From Myxococcota bacterium (GTDB taxonomy: Bacteria; Myxococcota_A; UBA9042; PHBI01; JAWLBL01), in NCBI GenBank assembly GCA_041687695.1, contig JAWLBL010000030.1:40123-104122 (forward strand): 64,000 bases of DNA, in the 5' to 3' direction. This document shows positions 38,518-48,137 of the stretch, in pieces. How positions within the stretch are numbered: the stretch's first letter is position 1; the number at the start of each line of letters is the position of its first letter. Made by a program: the position numbers and the translations under genes. The notes under the pieces are model-generated. The model saw nothing but the letters and a program-made list of their open reading frames with translations. It searched no databases and was not told where the DNA came from.

Positions 38518-40919
38518 TGGGTCGCCTCCGTCTGGCCGACCGTCTCCTCGGTGTCGGCGAGCAGACGCTTGGCGTCTTCTTCCAGGATCCGCAGTTTGTC
38601 GCTGCGCTCTTGATTGATCTTGCGGATCTGGTCCGTCTGCTCCTGCTTGCGGCTCCAGGCCACGTCGATGAGCCCGACGTCGGCCTCGAGGACCACCTCG
38701 TTCATGCGCTCGTGCGCGCGGCGGAACAGCTCCTCTCCCAGCGCGTGGGCCGTCCTGCGGCTCGAACCCTCGTAGCCGACGAGATCCTCGGAGTAGCCGT
38801 CCAGGTTGCGCCGCTCGGCCGCGATGACCCGCCGCAGCTCGTCGGTCTTGTCGCTGACCTTGCGGTCGATGGTGCCGACGATCTCGCGCAGGTCGTCCAC
38901 GTTGGTCCACACGCGGCTCCGGTGGCGGCCGTACTGCGCGAACGCCTGCGACCGCTCGCCGCCGAGCCGCGCGCCCAGCCCATCGTAGTAGTTGCCCTCG
39001 CGCTTGTGGGCCGCGATGAGCAGCGCCTTGAGGTCGCCTTCGCCGCGCGTCACGGCGTCGCCGGTGCCGACGCGATCGGCCTCGGCCTGGATGTCCTTCT
39101 TGAGCGTCTCGAGCTCGGCGTACAGCTCCTTGAGGCGCTGTTTCTCACCCGCGATCTCCACGCGCAGTTTGCGCTCGCGCTCGTCACCGAGCCGACCGCC
39201 GCCGTCGGCGAACTGCTGATCGTTGACGTACTGCTCGACCGCGACGAGCTGGCGCTGGACCTCCTTCAAGGTCTGCTCGACCAGGAAGCTCTTGCGCATC
39301 AGATCCAGGTAGCGCTCGTTCACGCCGCTCTGCCGGTCCTGATACTGCGCGTAGCTCATGGGCAGCTTGCCCAGCCGGTCCTCGAGCTCCTTGCGGTAGG
39401 TGACCAGCGACGCGAGCTCGGTGGCCTCTGCGGGGCTCACCAGCCCGGTCGTCAGGCGCTGCTGCTGGTCGAGCATGGCGCCCGAGAGCGCGATGAGCTG
39501 GTTCTCGATGGCCAGCGCCCGCGTCCAGCCCTCCTTGAGGGCGGGGAACAGCTCGACCCGGTTGGCCGACGTGACGACGCGCTCGAGGTCGTCGGCGATC
39601 TGCTGGGTCGCCTCGATCTCGCCGCGCTCGACGCCCAGGTTGTCCAGCAGGGCCACGACCCGCCCCATCTCCTCGGTGCCGGCCACCCAGGCGGCCGTGC
39701 GATCGGTCAGCGGGGCGTCGAGGCGTCCGGTCTTGCTGCGGCGCTCGATGAGCCAGGTGAAGTAGCGGTCGACGTTCGCCGGGTCGCGCGCGAAGTGGTT
39801 GAGCTCGTTGCGGATGGGCGCGAAGCGCTCGAGGATGCGGCCGTAGCTGTCGACCGCCTGATCGTAGTCCTCGATGATGACCCCCAGCCGACCGCGCAGG
39901 ACGTGAGCCTGGACGTCGAGCTGCTCGTCCTTGACGACCAGCAGCAGGACGTCGAGCGTCTGCAGCGCCTTGTCGTACTGCTCGCGCTTGATGTAGGCCC
40001 AGGCCATCTCGTACAGGGCCACCTCGTACGAGGCGCTGTTCTGGTCGATGCGCTGGTAGGCGGTGATGGCCTCGTCGATGCGCGCCTGCTCCATCAGCAG
40101 GCGGCCGCTGGCCACCAGCGCCAGCTCGCGCGCGTGCTTGCCATCATCACTGGTCGGCGCGGACTGCGCCAGGGCCTGGAACTCGCCCAGGGCCTGGTCG
40201 AAGCGCTCGAGGGCGGTGAGGGCCACGCCCACGTAGTAACGCGCCAGGGGGTGGCGCTCGCCGTCGGCGCGCACACCGCCCAGGGCCGTCAGCGCCGCCT
40301 CGTGCTGACCCAGCCGCAGCAGCCCCTTGCCCAGCGCGTACAGGGTGCGGTCGCTGGCGCCCGCCGCCGGGCGGCCCATCTCCGCGATGAGCCGTCGCAG
40401 CTCGCGCTCGTCGTTCATCTGCAGGGCCATCTCGACCAGCAGCGCGCGCGCCTCGTCGGTCACCGCGGCGTCGGTCGGCGTCGCGGTCACGGCCCGTGTC
40501 AGGGTGTCGCGCGCGCCCCGGTAGTTCTGCAGCTCGATGAGCGCTTTGCCCAGCAGCAGCGACGCGGGGCCCACCTCTCGGTTGCCACGGAAGGCCGGGT
40601 TCTCGAGCACCTCGATGAGCAGGATGGCCGCCGTCTCGAAGTTGCCGAGTTCGAAGAAGACCCGGGCGTCGATGAGACGTCGCTGCAGCGGGCGGTCGGC
40701 GAACTCGGCCGCAGGGTCGACGAACTCGCGGGCGAGGCGCGAGACGGCGCGCTCGAGGTTGTCGAGCTGCGATCCGTGGGCCCCGACCTGGCCGAGCACC
40801 GATGGGGCGCCGCTCTGGGCCCGCGCGGTCGGCGCCGCGGTCAGTCCGCCGGTGAGGGCGGCCACCGTCAGGCCGATCGTCGCGAGCTGCACGCGCCGGT
40901 GAGCCGAAGCGACGCGCAT
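38514..40919 (-). CDS. Secreted TPR plus coiled-coil protein (801 aa)
   Basis: Signal peptide ARA|Q, TPRs (ALYEMAWAY), long coiled coil, ADVGLIDVAW. Confidence 0.85.
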   Translation of the reverse strand: MRVASAHRRVQLATIGLTVAALTGGLTAAPTARAQSGAPSVLGQVGAHGSQLDNLERAVSRLAREFVDPAAEFADRPLQRRLIDARVFFELGNFETAAILLIEVLENPAFRGNREVGPASLLLGKALIELQNYRGARDTLTRAVTATPTDAAVTDEARALLVEMALQMNDERELRRLIAEMGRPAAGASDRTLYALGKGLLRLGQHEAALTALGGVRADGERHPLARYYVGVALTALERFDQALGEFQALAQSAPTSDDGKHARELALVASGRLLMEQARIDEAITAYQRIDQNSASYEVALYEMAWAYIKREQYDKALQTLDVLLLVVKDEQLDVQAHVLRGRLGVIIEDYDQAVDSYGRILERFAPIRNELNHFARDPANVDRYFTWLIERRSKTGRLDAPLTDRTAAWVAGTEEMGRVVALLDNLGVERGEIEATQQIADDLERVVTSANRVELFPALKEGWTRALAIENQLIALSGAMLDQQQRLTTGLVSPAEATELASLVTYRKELEDRLGKLPMSYAQYQDRQSGVNERYLDLMRKSFLVEQTLKEVQRQLVAVEQYVNDQQFADGGGRLGDERERKLRVEIAGEKQRLKELYAELETLKKDIQAEADRVGTGDAVTRGEGDLKALLIAAHKREGNYYDGLGARLGGERSQAFAQYGRHRSRVWTNVDDLREIVGTIDRKVSDKTDELRRVIAAERRNLDGYSEDLVGYEGSSRRTAHALGEELFRRAHERMNEVVLEADVGLIDVAWSRKQEQTDQIRKINQERSDKLRILEEDAKRLLADTEETVGQTEATQ

Positions 40920-40921
40920 AA

Positions 40922-41782
40922 CTACTTGCCGTCCCCCGCGGGCTGCTCTTGCCCCTCGACCTGCCCGTCCACCTGGTCCTTGGTGTAGCTGGCCTGGGCC
41001 ACGCGGAAGGTGATGGACGGCCGCTTGGTGAGATCCCAGGTGATGTCGCCCTTCTGGTAGCCGACCGCCTGGACCGTCGTGACCTTCCCCTTGGTCGCGT
41101 AGAACGTGTAGTTCGTGCGCAGCTTGAAGGTGTAGTCCTTGAGGTAGGCGAAGACCGTCGAGTCGCCCTTGTAGATCATCTCGACCGAGAGCACGTGGTT
41201 GCCCGGCAGGACGTTGTTCGCGAAGATCTCGAACTTCTCCTTGTCGAGCACGCCGCTGGTCGCGTCCTGGAAGTAGATCTTCTCGCCGTCGAGGTGATAC
41301 AGGACCGACTCGAGCTTGAAGCTGTTGCCCATCTCGTTGACGTGCACGACGACCGCCTTGGCCTCGGCGATGACGTCGTTGAGCACGCGCTCCTTGAGCA
41401 GCATCAGGCGCGTCTTCGACCGGAAGATCTTCTCCTTGAGGGTGACGACCTTCTCCTCGAGCTCGCGGAGCTTCATGTCGTAGTGCTCGCCGCCCACCGC
41501 GCCGGCCGGCGCCGCGGCCGGTGGTGTCGGCGAGGCGGGCGCAGCGCCTGGCGTCGGCGCCTCGGTCGCTGGCGTCGACTCGACCGGCGCTGGCTCAGTC
41601 GGCTGCGCCAACGCGACCCCGGACAGCGTCGAGGCCAACGCGACCCCCGACAGGGTCATCGCCAGCGCGAGCAGGCCGGACGTCAACAGGTGAACGTGAT
41701 GGCGCTTCGCGGAGAGCGCGGCGCGCGACGAGACCGTCTCCGGCCGGTGCGCGGGGCCGCCGCTACGATGACCCAGATGCAA
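40922..41782 (-). CDS. Secreted coiled-coil plus beta-sandwich hypothetical protein heading the TPR/Glt cluster
   Basis: TTG start 6 nt after AAGGAG. Hydrophobic leader, Pro/Ala linker, LEEKVVTLKEKIFRSKTRL coil, beta-rich C-terminus. Confidence 0.75.
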   Translation of the reverse strand: MHLGHRSGGPAHRPETVSSRAALSAKRHHVHLLTSGLLALAMTLSGVALASTLSGVALAQPTEPAPVESTPATEAPTPGAAPASPTPPAAAPAGAVGGEHYDMKLRELEEKVVTLKEKIFRSKTRLMLLKERVLNDVIAEAKAVVVHVNEMGNSFKLESVLYHLDGEKIYFQDATSGVLDKEKFEIFANNVLPGNHVLSVEMIYKGDSTVFAYLKDYTFKLRTNYTFYATKGKVTTVQAVGYQKGDITWDLTKRPSITFRVAQASYTKDQVDGQVEGQEQPAGDGK

Positions 41783-41944
41783 GCGCGTCTCCTTGAGCTC
41801 GGCATCTCCACGGCTCAGCCCATGGGCCGCGGAAGCGATCGGTAGTGTGCATGGGGCCCGGACAAAGGTCAAACCCGCGCTCGCCCGGGACGGCGCGCAA
41901 ATGTCGGAATTCACACGCATTGAACCGCCCGCGCGCGCGGCCGC

Positions 41945-42982
41945 TCAGACGGGCGACCATCCCTGGTCGCCGTCGCCCGCCTCGGGCGTGACCGCCACCA
42001 GGTAACGGGCGATGAGCCGCAGCAGCGGGGTCAGGTTCTCCTGGGTCAAGGCGCTGACGGCGTGCACCTCGACCCCCTTGTGTCGGAACGCCTCGCGCCA
42101 CAGCTCGATCTCATAGCGATCCTCGACCAGATCGAGCTTGCTCAGCACCACGATCTGAGGGCGCCGGGCCAGCTCGGGCGAGTGCGCCTCGAGCTCGGCC
42201 GTGACGGTCTCCCAGGCCTTCATGGGGTCCATGGCCTCGGGCGACAGGCTGACCAGGTGGACGAGCACCCGCGTCCGCTCGACGTGCTTGAGGAAGCGAT
42301 CACCCAGGCCGCGGCCCTCGCTGGCGCCCTCGATGAGCCCGGGGATGTCGGCGATGACGAAGGTCGACTCGTCCACCCGCACGACGCCCAGGTTGGGCAC
42401 CAGGGTCGTGAACGGGTAGTCGCCCACCTTGGCCTGGCTCTTCGACACCGCCCGGATGAACGTGCTCTTGCCGGCATTGGGCAACCCGACCAGCGCCACG
42501 TCGGCCACCAGCTTCAGGCTGAGCTCGAGCGTGCGCGCCTCGCCCTTCTCCCCCTCCTGCGCGATGCGCGGGGCCTGCCGCGTCGGCGTCACGAAGTGGG
42601 CGTTGCCCTTGCCGCCGCGGCCTCCCTTGGCGACGACCACGCGCTGGCCCGCCTCGGTCAGGTCGGCGATGACCTCTCCGGTCGCGGCGTCGGTGACCAC
42701 CGTGCCGAGGGGCAGCGGGATGACCAGATCCTCGGCCGCGCGGCCGGAGCGGTTGTTGCCCCCGCCCTTGGCGCCGGAGTCGGCCTTGTAGAACCGGCGG
42801 TAGCGGTGGTCGAGCAGGGTGACCGTGCGCTCGTCGGCCACCACGACCACGTCACCGCCCCGGCCGCCTTCGCCGCCGTCGGGCCCACCCAGCGGGACCT
42901 TGGCCTCGCGGCGGAAGCTGACCAGGCCGTTGCCGCCGTCTCCGGCGGTCACCTCGATGACGGCTTCGTCGACGAACTGCAT
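41945..42982 (-). CDS. obgE: GTPase ObgE/CgtA
   Basis: MQFVDEA, GGPDGG, GLPNAGKST, YPFTTL, DIPGLIEGA. Confidence 0.97.
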   Translation of the reverse strand: MQFVDEAVIEVTAGDGGNGLVSFRREAKVPLGGPDGGEGGRGGDVVVVADERTVTLLDHRYRRFYKADSGAKGGGNNRSGRAAEDLVIPLPLGTVVTDAATGEVIADLTEAGQRVVVAKGGRGGKGNAHFVTPTRQAPRIAQEGEKGEARTLELSLKLVADVALVGLPNAGKSTFIRAVSKSQAKVGDYPFTTLVPNLGVVRVDESTFVIADIPGLIEGASEGRGLGDRFLKHVERTRVLVHLVSLSPEAMDPMKAWETVTAELEAHSPELARRPQIVVLSKLDLVEDRYEIELWREAFRHKGVEVHAVSALTQENLTPLLRLIARYLVAVTPEAGDGDQGWSPV

Positions 42983-43054
42983 CGGTGCTTCGCTTCGCGC
43001 TCGAGCCACCGCCCCGCGCGAAGTTGCGTCCGGGTCGGCGGGTCGCGCACAAGA

Positions 43055-43088
43055 CACGAAAGCCCGAGGAGCCTAAGGCTCCCCGGGC
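43055..43088 (-). terminator. Probable rho-independent terminator after rpmA
   Basis: Minus-strand stem gcccggggagcc-tta-ggctcctcgggc followed by TTTCGTGTCTT. Confidence 0.6.
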
Positions 43089-43112
43089 GTCTCGGGTCCT
43101 TCGCGGGGAAGA

Positions 43113-43376
43113 TCAGGCCTGCGCGGCCGGGATGATCGCGACCCGCTTGCGGTCGCGGCCGTGGCGCTGGAACTGCACCTCGCCGTCGACGAGCGCGAAC
43201 AGCGTGTAGTCGCGGCCGACGCCCACGTTGTCGCCAGCGTGGAACTTGGTGCCGACCTGGCGGACCAGGATGTTGCCGGCCTTGACCTGCTCGCCGCCGA
43301 AGCGCTTGACGCCGCGGCGCTGCGCGTTCGAGTCACGCCCGTTACGGCTGGAGCCCTGTCCCTTTTTGTGAGCCAT
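43113..43376 (-). CDS. rpmA: 50S ribosomal protein L27
   Basis: [16 protein letters not shown]...GNILVRQ. Confidence 0.98.
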   Translation of the reverse strand: MAHKKGQGSSRNGRDSNAQRRGVKRFGGEQVKAGNILVRQVGTKFHAGDNVGVGRDYTLFALVDGEVQFQRHGRDRKRVAIIPAAQA

Positions 43377-43399
43377 GAGTCCTCTCCACTTCCGCCTTG

Positions 43400-43711
43400 C
43401 TAGGCGGAGATCCCGTCGATGCGGACGCGCGTGAAGTGCTGGCGATGGCCCTTCTTGCGAATGTAGTTCTTCGTCCGCTTGAACTTGAAGACGACGATCT
43501 TCCGGGTGCGGCCCTGCTCGACGATCGTGCCCGTGACCGTCACGCCGGCGAGCACCGGGGTGCCGATGCGGGTGTCGTCGTCCGTGCCCACGAGGAGCAC
43601 GTCGTCGAACGTGACCTGCTCACCCCGATCTCCGTCGAGCTTCTCGATGGCGATCGTAGCGCCCGGCTCGACCCGGTACTGCTTCCCGCCGGTCCTGATG
43701 ACTGCGTACAT
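43400..43711 (-). CDS. rplU: 50S ribosomal protein L21
   Basis: [14 protein letters not shown]...GHRQ. Confidence 0.98.
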   Translation of the reverse strand: MYAVIRTGGKQYRVEPGATIAIEKLDGDRGEQVTFDDVLLVGTDDDTRIGTPVLAGVTVTGTIVEQGRTRKIVVFKFKRTKNYIRKKGHRQHFTRVRIDGISA

Positions 43712-43740
43712 TGTCCTGACGCCTCCGTCGAAGGTGCGCG

Positions 43741-43769
43741 AAGGTAGGCAAGCGCCCGGGCGCTGTCAA
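43741..43769 (-). promoter_or_regulatory. sigma70-like promoter of rplU-rpmA
   Basis: TTGACA-N17-TACCTT. The -35 box overlaps the mtnA stop codon. Confidence 0.65.
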
Positions 43770-44842
43770 GCGCGAGTGTCGCGTGGGGTGGAAGACGGTG
43801 CGATTGGCCCGAACAGCGCGGCCAGGCTGTCCACGTAGGAGGGCCGCGCGACGCCGGCCTCGGTGATGATCGCCGTGACCAGCTCGGCCGGCGTCACGTC
43901 GAAGGCCGGGTTGCGCACGGGCACGTCGGCCGGGGCGACCAGGTGGCCGAAGACGCCCCGGACCTCGTCGGCGCCGCGCTCCTCGATCTCGATGGCCTCG
44001 CCCGTGGCGGTCTTCAGATCGATGGTCGACAGCGGCGCCGCGACGTAGAAGGGCAGATCGTGCCGGTGGCACAGGGCGGCGACCTGGTAGGTGCCGATCT
44101 TGTTGGCCGTGTCGCCGTTGGCCGCGATGCGATCGGCGCCGACGATGGCCAGGTCGATCTCGCCGCGCCGCATCAGGTAGCCGGCGGCGCTGTCGGCGAT
44201 GAGCGTGACGTCGATGCCGTCCTTCAGGCACTCCCAGACCGTCAGGCGGCTGCCCTGCAGGTAGGGGCGCGTCTCGTCCGCGAACACGCGCACGCGCTTG
44301 CCGGCGGCGTGCGCCGATCGGATGACCCCCAGGGCCGTGCCCCAGCCGGCGGTGGCCAGGCCGCCCGTGTTGCAGTGGGTCAGGATCCGCGCGCCTTCGG
44401 GGATGAGCGCGGCCCCGTGCTCGCCGATCGCGCGGCACGTGCCGACGTCCTCGGCCCGGATGCGCTCGGCCTCGACGTCCAGCGCGTCCAGTAGATCCGC
44501 GCGATCGCCGCCCCAGCCGGCGACCAGGCGGCGCATGCGGTCGATGGCCCAGAACAGGTTCACCGCGGTAGGCCGCGTCGCGGCCATCTCGCGGGTCAGG
44601 CGGTCCCAGCCCGCCTGCCAGTCGCCGTCGGTGGCCTGGGCGGCCAGCGCGCGGGCGCCGATGGCCAGCCCCATGGCGGCGGCGACCCCGATGGCCGGCG
44701 CGCCCCGGATGACCATGTCGCGGATGCCGGCCGCCACCTCGGACGCGGTCGCGTAGACGTGCCAGACCTCCTCGTGGGGCAGCCGCCGCTGGTCCAGCAT
44801 GTGGACGCGCCCCTCGGCGTCCCGTCGGATGGGCTCGATCAT
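43766..44842 (-). CDS. mtnA: Methylthioribose-1-phosphate isomerase
   Basis: LDQRRLP, IRGAPAIG, RPTAVNL, THCNTG, ETRPYLQG, NKIGTY. Confidence 0.96.
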   Translation of the reverse strand: MIEPIRRDAEGRVHMLDQRRLPHEEVWHVYATASEVAAGIRDMVIRGAPAIGVAAAMGLAIGARALAAQATDGDWQAGWDRLTREMAATRPTAVNLFWAIDRMRRLVAGWGGDRADLLDALDVEAERIRAEDVGTCRAIGEHGAALIPEGARILTHCNTGGLATAGWGTALGVIRSAHAAGKRVRVFADETRPYLQGSRLTVWECLKDGIDVTLIADSAAGYLMRRGEIDLAIVGADRIAANGDTANKIGTYQVAALCHRHDLPFYVAAPLSTIDLKTATGEAIEIEERGADEVRGVFGHLVAPADVPVRNPAFDVTPAELVTAIITEAGVARPSYVDSLAALFGPIAPSSTPRDTRA

Positions 44843-44866
44843 CTCGTCTCCTGTTCCAAACCGCCG

Positions 44867-46336
44867 TCAGCCGGGGCGCCGCGCCTCGAGCAGGCGCCGC
44901 ACCACGTCCGAGGCGAGCTGGGGGTTGGCCTTGCCGCGGGTCTCGCGCATCACCTGGCCCACGAAGAACCCGAACACCTTGTCCTTCCCTCCGAGGAAGG
45001 CCTCGACCTCCCGCGGGTGGGCGTCGACCACGCGCGCGGCGATGGCCTCGATCTCGCCCTCGTCGGTGATCTGCCCGCCGTGCGCCGCCACCCACTCGGC
45101 CGGGCCGATCCCGGTCGAGAACATGGCCGCGAAGGCGTCCTTGGCCATCTTGCCCGAGATGGTGCCGCGCTCGACCAGCACCAGCAGCTCGGCCAGCCGC
45201 TCGGCCGGCACGGGCGAGTCCTCGACGTCGCGCTCGTCGCGGTTGAGGCGCCCGAGCAGCTCGCCCAGCACCCAGTTCGCCGCCGCCTTGGGGTCGCCCA
45301 CCCGCGTGGCCACGGCCTCGAAGTAGTCGGCGCGCGCCGGGGTCTGGGTCAGCACGTCGGCGTCGTAGGCGGGCAGGCCGAGGTCGCGCTCGAAGCGCCG
45401 GGCGCGCGCACGTGGCAGCTCGGGCAGCGCGGCGCGGACCCGCTCGATCCAGGCGTCGTCGATGACCAGCGGCATCAGATCCGGGTCCGGGAAGTAGCGG
45501 TAGTCGTGCGCCTCTTCCTTGGTCCGCATGACCCGCGTCAGGCCGGCCGCGTCGTCCCACAGGCGCGTCTGCTGCAGGACCCGGCCGCCGTCCTCGAGGA
45601 CGCCGATCTGCCGCACGATCTCGTGCTCGATGGCCCGCCCGACGAAGCGGAAGCTGTTGATGTTCTTCAGCTCGACCTTGGTCCCCAGGGTCTGGTCGCC
45701 GAGCCGCCGCACGGACACGTTGGCGTCGCAGCGGAAGTTGCCCTTCTCCATGTTGCCGTCGGACACGCCCAGCGCGGTGACGACCTGGTGCAAGGCCTTC
45801 ATGTAGGCCACGGCCTCGGCCGCCGAGCGCATGTCGGGCTCGCTGACCGTCTCGATGAGCGGCACGCCCGCGCGGTTGAAGTCGACGAACGAGGCGCCGC
45901 GGACCGCGTCGTGGATGGTCTTGCCGGCGTCCTCTTCGAGGTGGATGCGCGTCAGGCGGAAGATCCGGTCCTGGCCGTCGACCATGGCCTCGAGCTGCCC
46001 GCCCAGGCAGATGGGCGCGTCGTATTGGCTGATCTGATAGCCCTTGGGGAGATCGGGGTAGAAGTAGTGCTTGCGGGCAAAGCGGCTGGCGCGGTGGATC
46101 TCGCAGCCCAGGGCCAGCCCGACCCGCAGCGCCAGCTCGACGGCCTGCCGGTTCAAGACCGGCAGGACCCCGGGCATGCCCAGCGTGACGGGGTCGACCT
46201 GCACGTTGGGCGCCTCGCCGAAGTGCGTCCCGGCGGCGCTGAAGATCTTGGTGCGGGTCGCCAGCTGGACGTGGATCTCGAGGCCGATGACGGCCTCCCA
46301 GTCCGGGTAGCCGGGGACGGGCTGGGGCGCGATCAC
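44867..46336 (-). CDS. gatB: Asp/Glu-tRNA amidotransferase subunit B
   Basis: [43 protein letters not shown] overlap with gatA. Confidence 0.97.
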   Translation of the reverse strand: MIAPQPVPGYPDWEAVIGLEIHVQLATRTKIFSAAGTHFGEAPNVQVDPVTLGMPGVLPVLNRQAVELALRVGLALGCEIHRASRFARKHYFYPDLPKGYQISQYDAPICLGGQLEAMVDGQDRIFRLTRIHLEEDAGKTIHDAVRGASFVDFNRAGVPLIETVSEPDMRSAAEAVAYMKALHQVVTALGVSDGNMEKGNFRCDANVSVRRLGDQTLGTKVELKNINSFRFVGRAIEHEIVRQIGVLEDGGRVLQQTRLWDDAAGLTRVMRTKEEAHDYRYFPDPDLMPLVIDDAWIERVRAALPELPRARARRFERDLGLPAYDADVLTQTPARADYFEAVATRVGDPKAAANWVLGELLGRLNRDERDVEDSPVPAERLAELLVLVERGTISGKMAKDAFAAMFSTGIGPAEWVAAHGGQITDEGEIEAIAARVVDAHPREVEAFLGGKDKVFGFFVGQVMRETRGKANPQLASDVVRRLLEARRPG

Positions 46337-47835
46337 GGGGCCTCCGTCGCGTCGGCGCCCGGCCGGTCCAGGTGCCACGAGGTGGCCCGCTCGTAGGCGT
46401 GGGCGACCGCCACCAGCCGGGCCTCGCCCAGCGCCGGGCCGATGAGCTGCATCCCTATGGGCAGGCCGGCCTGGTCGCGGCCGCAGGGCAGCGACAGGCA
46501 GGGCAGGCCGGCCAGGCTGGCGGGGACCGTGAAGGCGTCCATCAGGTACATCTGCAGCGGATCGGTGACCCGCTCGCCCAGCCGCCACGCGGTCACCGGC
46601 GAGGTCGGCGTCGCCAGGACGTCGCACTGGGCGAAGGCGGCCTCGAAGTCGCGGCGGATGAGGGTGCGGACCTTCTGGGCGCGCAGGTAGTAGGCGTCGT
46701 AGTAGCCGCTGGACAGCGCGTAGGTGCCCAGGAGGATGCGCCGCTTGACCTCGGCGCCGAAGCCCTCGGCCCGCGAGCGGGCGTACAGCTCGTCCAGATC
46801 GGCGACGGCCGCGCCCGTGCGGTGGCCGTAGCGGACGCCGTCGTAGCGGGCCAGGTTACTGGAGGCCTCGGCGGTCGCGATCAGGTAATAGGTCGCGATG
46901 GCGAAGCGGGTGTGCGGCAGCGACACCGAAACGAGCTGGGCGCCCAGGGTCTCGAGCTGGGCCAGGGCCTGGCGGACCGTGGCCTCGATCCCGGGCTGGA
47001 GCCCCTCGGCGAAGTACTCGTCCGGGACGCCGACGCGGACGCCGCGCAGGTCCGGGGCGGCCGCGGCGAGGGCGCTCAGCAGATCGGGCGCGGGCTGGGG
47101 CAGCGAGGTGCCGTCGAGCGGGTCATGGCCGGCGATGGCCTGCAGCAGCAGGGCCGCGTCGCGCGTCGTGCGGGCGACCGGGCCGACCTGATCGAGGCTG
47201 GAGGCGTAGGCGACGACGCCGTAGCGGCTGACGCGGCCGTAGGTGGGCTTGAGCCCGACGACCCCGCAGAAGCTGGCGGGCTGGCGGACCGAGCCGCCGG
47301 TGTCGGTGCCCAGTGCGAGCGGGCACTGCTCGGCCGCGACGGCCGCGGCGGACCCGCTGGACGAGCCGCCGGGGACGCGGGTCGGGTCCCAGGGGTTGCG
47401 CGTGGGGCCGAAGCCGGAGGCCTCGCCCGACGAGCCCATGCCGAACTCGTCCTGGTTGAGCTTGCCCAGCACGACGCCGTCGGCCGCCTCGAGCCGGGTG
47501 ACGACCGTGGCGGAGTAGGGCGGGACGAAGCCCTGGAGCATCCGCGAGCCGGCGGTGGTGGCCAGGCCCTGGGTGCAGATGAGGTCCTTGACCCCGACCG
47601 GGAGCCCGGCGAGCGGGCCGACCGGCTCGCCGCGGGCGCGGCGGTGGTCGATGGCGTGGGCGCGCTCGAGGGCGCGCTCGGCGTCGAGGGCGAGCCAGGC
47701 GCCCAGCTGGGCGTCCGTGGCGGCGATGCGGTCGAGGCAGGCCTGGGTGAGGTCGACCGAGGTCAGCTCGCCGTCCATCAGGGCGGCGCGCAGGTGCCAG
47801 GCGGTGGGCCAGCGGCTGGGAGGCCAGGCGGTCAT
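46333..47835 (-). CDS. gatA: Asp/Glu-tRNA amidotransferase subunit A
   Basis: Amidase signature [28 protein letters not shown]. Confidence 0.97.
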   Translation of the reverse strand: MTAWPPSRWPTAWHLRAALMDGELTSVDLTQACLDRIAATDAQLGAWLALDAERALERAHAIDHRRARGEPVGPLAGLPVGVKDLICTQGLATTAGSRMLQGFVPPYSATVVTRLEAADGVVLGKLNQDEFGMGSSGEASGFGPTRNPWDPTRVPGGSSSGSAAAVAAEQCPLALGTDTGGSVRQPASFCGVVGLKPTYGRVSRYGVVAYASSLDQVGPVARTTRDAALLLQAIAGHDPLDGTSLPQPAPDLLSALAAAAPDLRGVRVGVPDEYFAEGLQPGIEATVRQALAQLETLGAQLVSVSLPHTRFAIATYYLIATAEASSNLARYDGVRYGHRTGAAVADLDELYARSRAEGFGAEVKRRILLGTYALSSGYYDAYYLRAQKVRTLIRRDFEAAFAQCDVLATPTSPVTAWRLGERVTDPLQMYLMDAFTVPASLAGLPCLSLPCGRDQAGLPIGMQLIGPALGEARLVAVAHAYERATSWHLDRPGADATEAP

Positions 47836-47836
47836 G

Positions 47837-48124
47837 TCACACGACCCGCGGGACGACGAAGGCCCGGCCGTCGTGGCGCGGGGCGTTGGCGAGGGCCTCG
47901 GACGTGGACAGGTGCGGGCCCTCGACGTCGTCGCGCAGGGCGAGGTCGAGCGGGACCGCGTGGGTGGTCGGGGGGACGTCCGTCAGGTCCAGCTCGGCGA
48001 GCTGGTCGACGTAGGCCAGGACGGCGCCGAGCTGCCGGGAGAGGGTGGCGGCCTCGTCGGGCGCGACCGCGAGGCGCGCGAGGCGGCCCACGTGGGCGAC
48101 GTCGATGTCGGGCGTGTCGGCCAT
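47837..48124 (-). CDS. gatC: Asp/Glu-tRNA amidotransferase subunit C
   Basis: [10 protein letters not shown]...LRDD...ALANAP...FVVPRV, upstream of gatA. Confidence 0.93.
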   Translation of the reverse strand: MADTPDIDVAHVGRLARLAVAPDEAATLSRQLGAVLAYVDQLAELDLTDVPPTTHAVPLDLALRDDVEGPHLSTSEALANAPRHDGRAFVVPRVV

Positions 48125-48137
48125 GGCTTCCTGGGAT

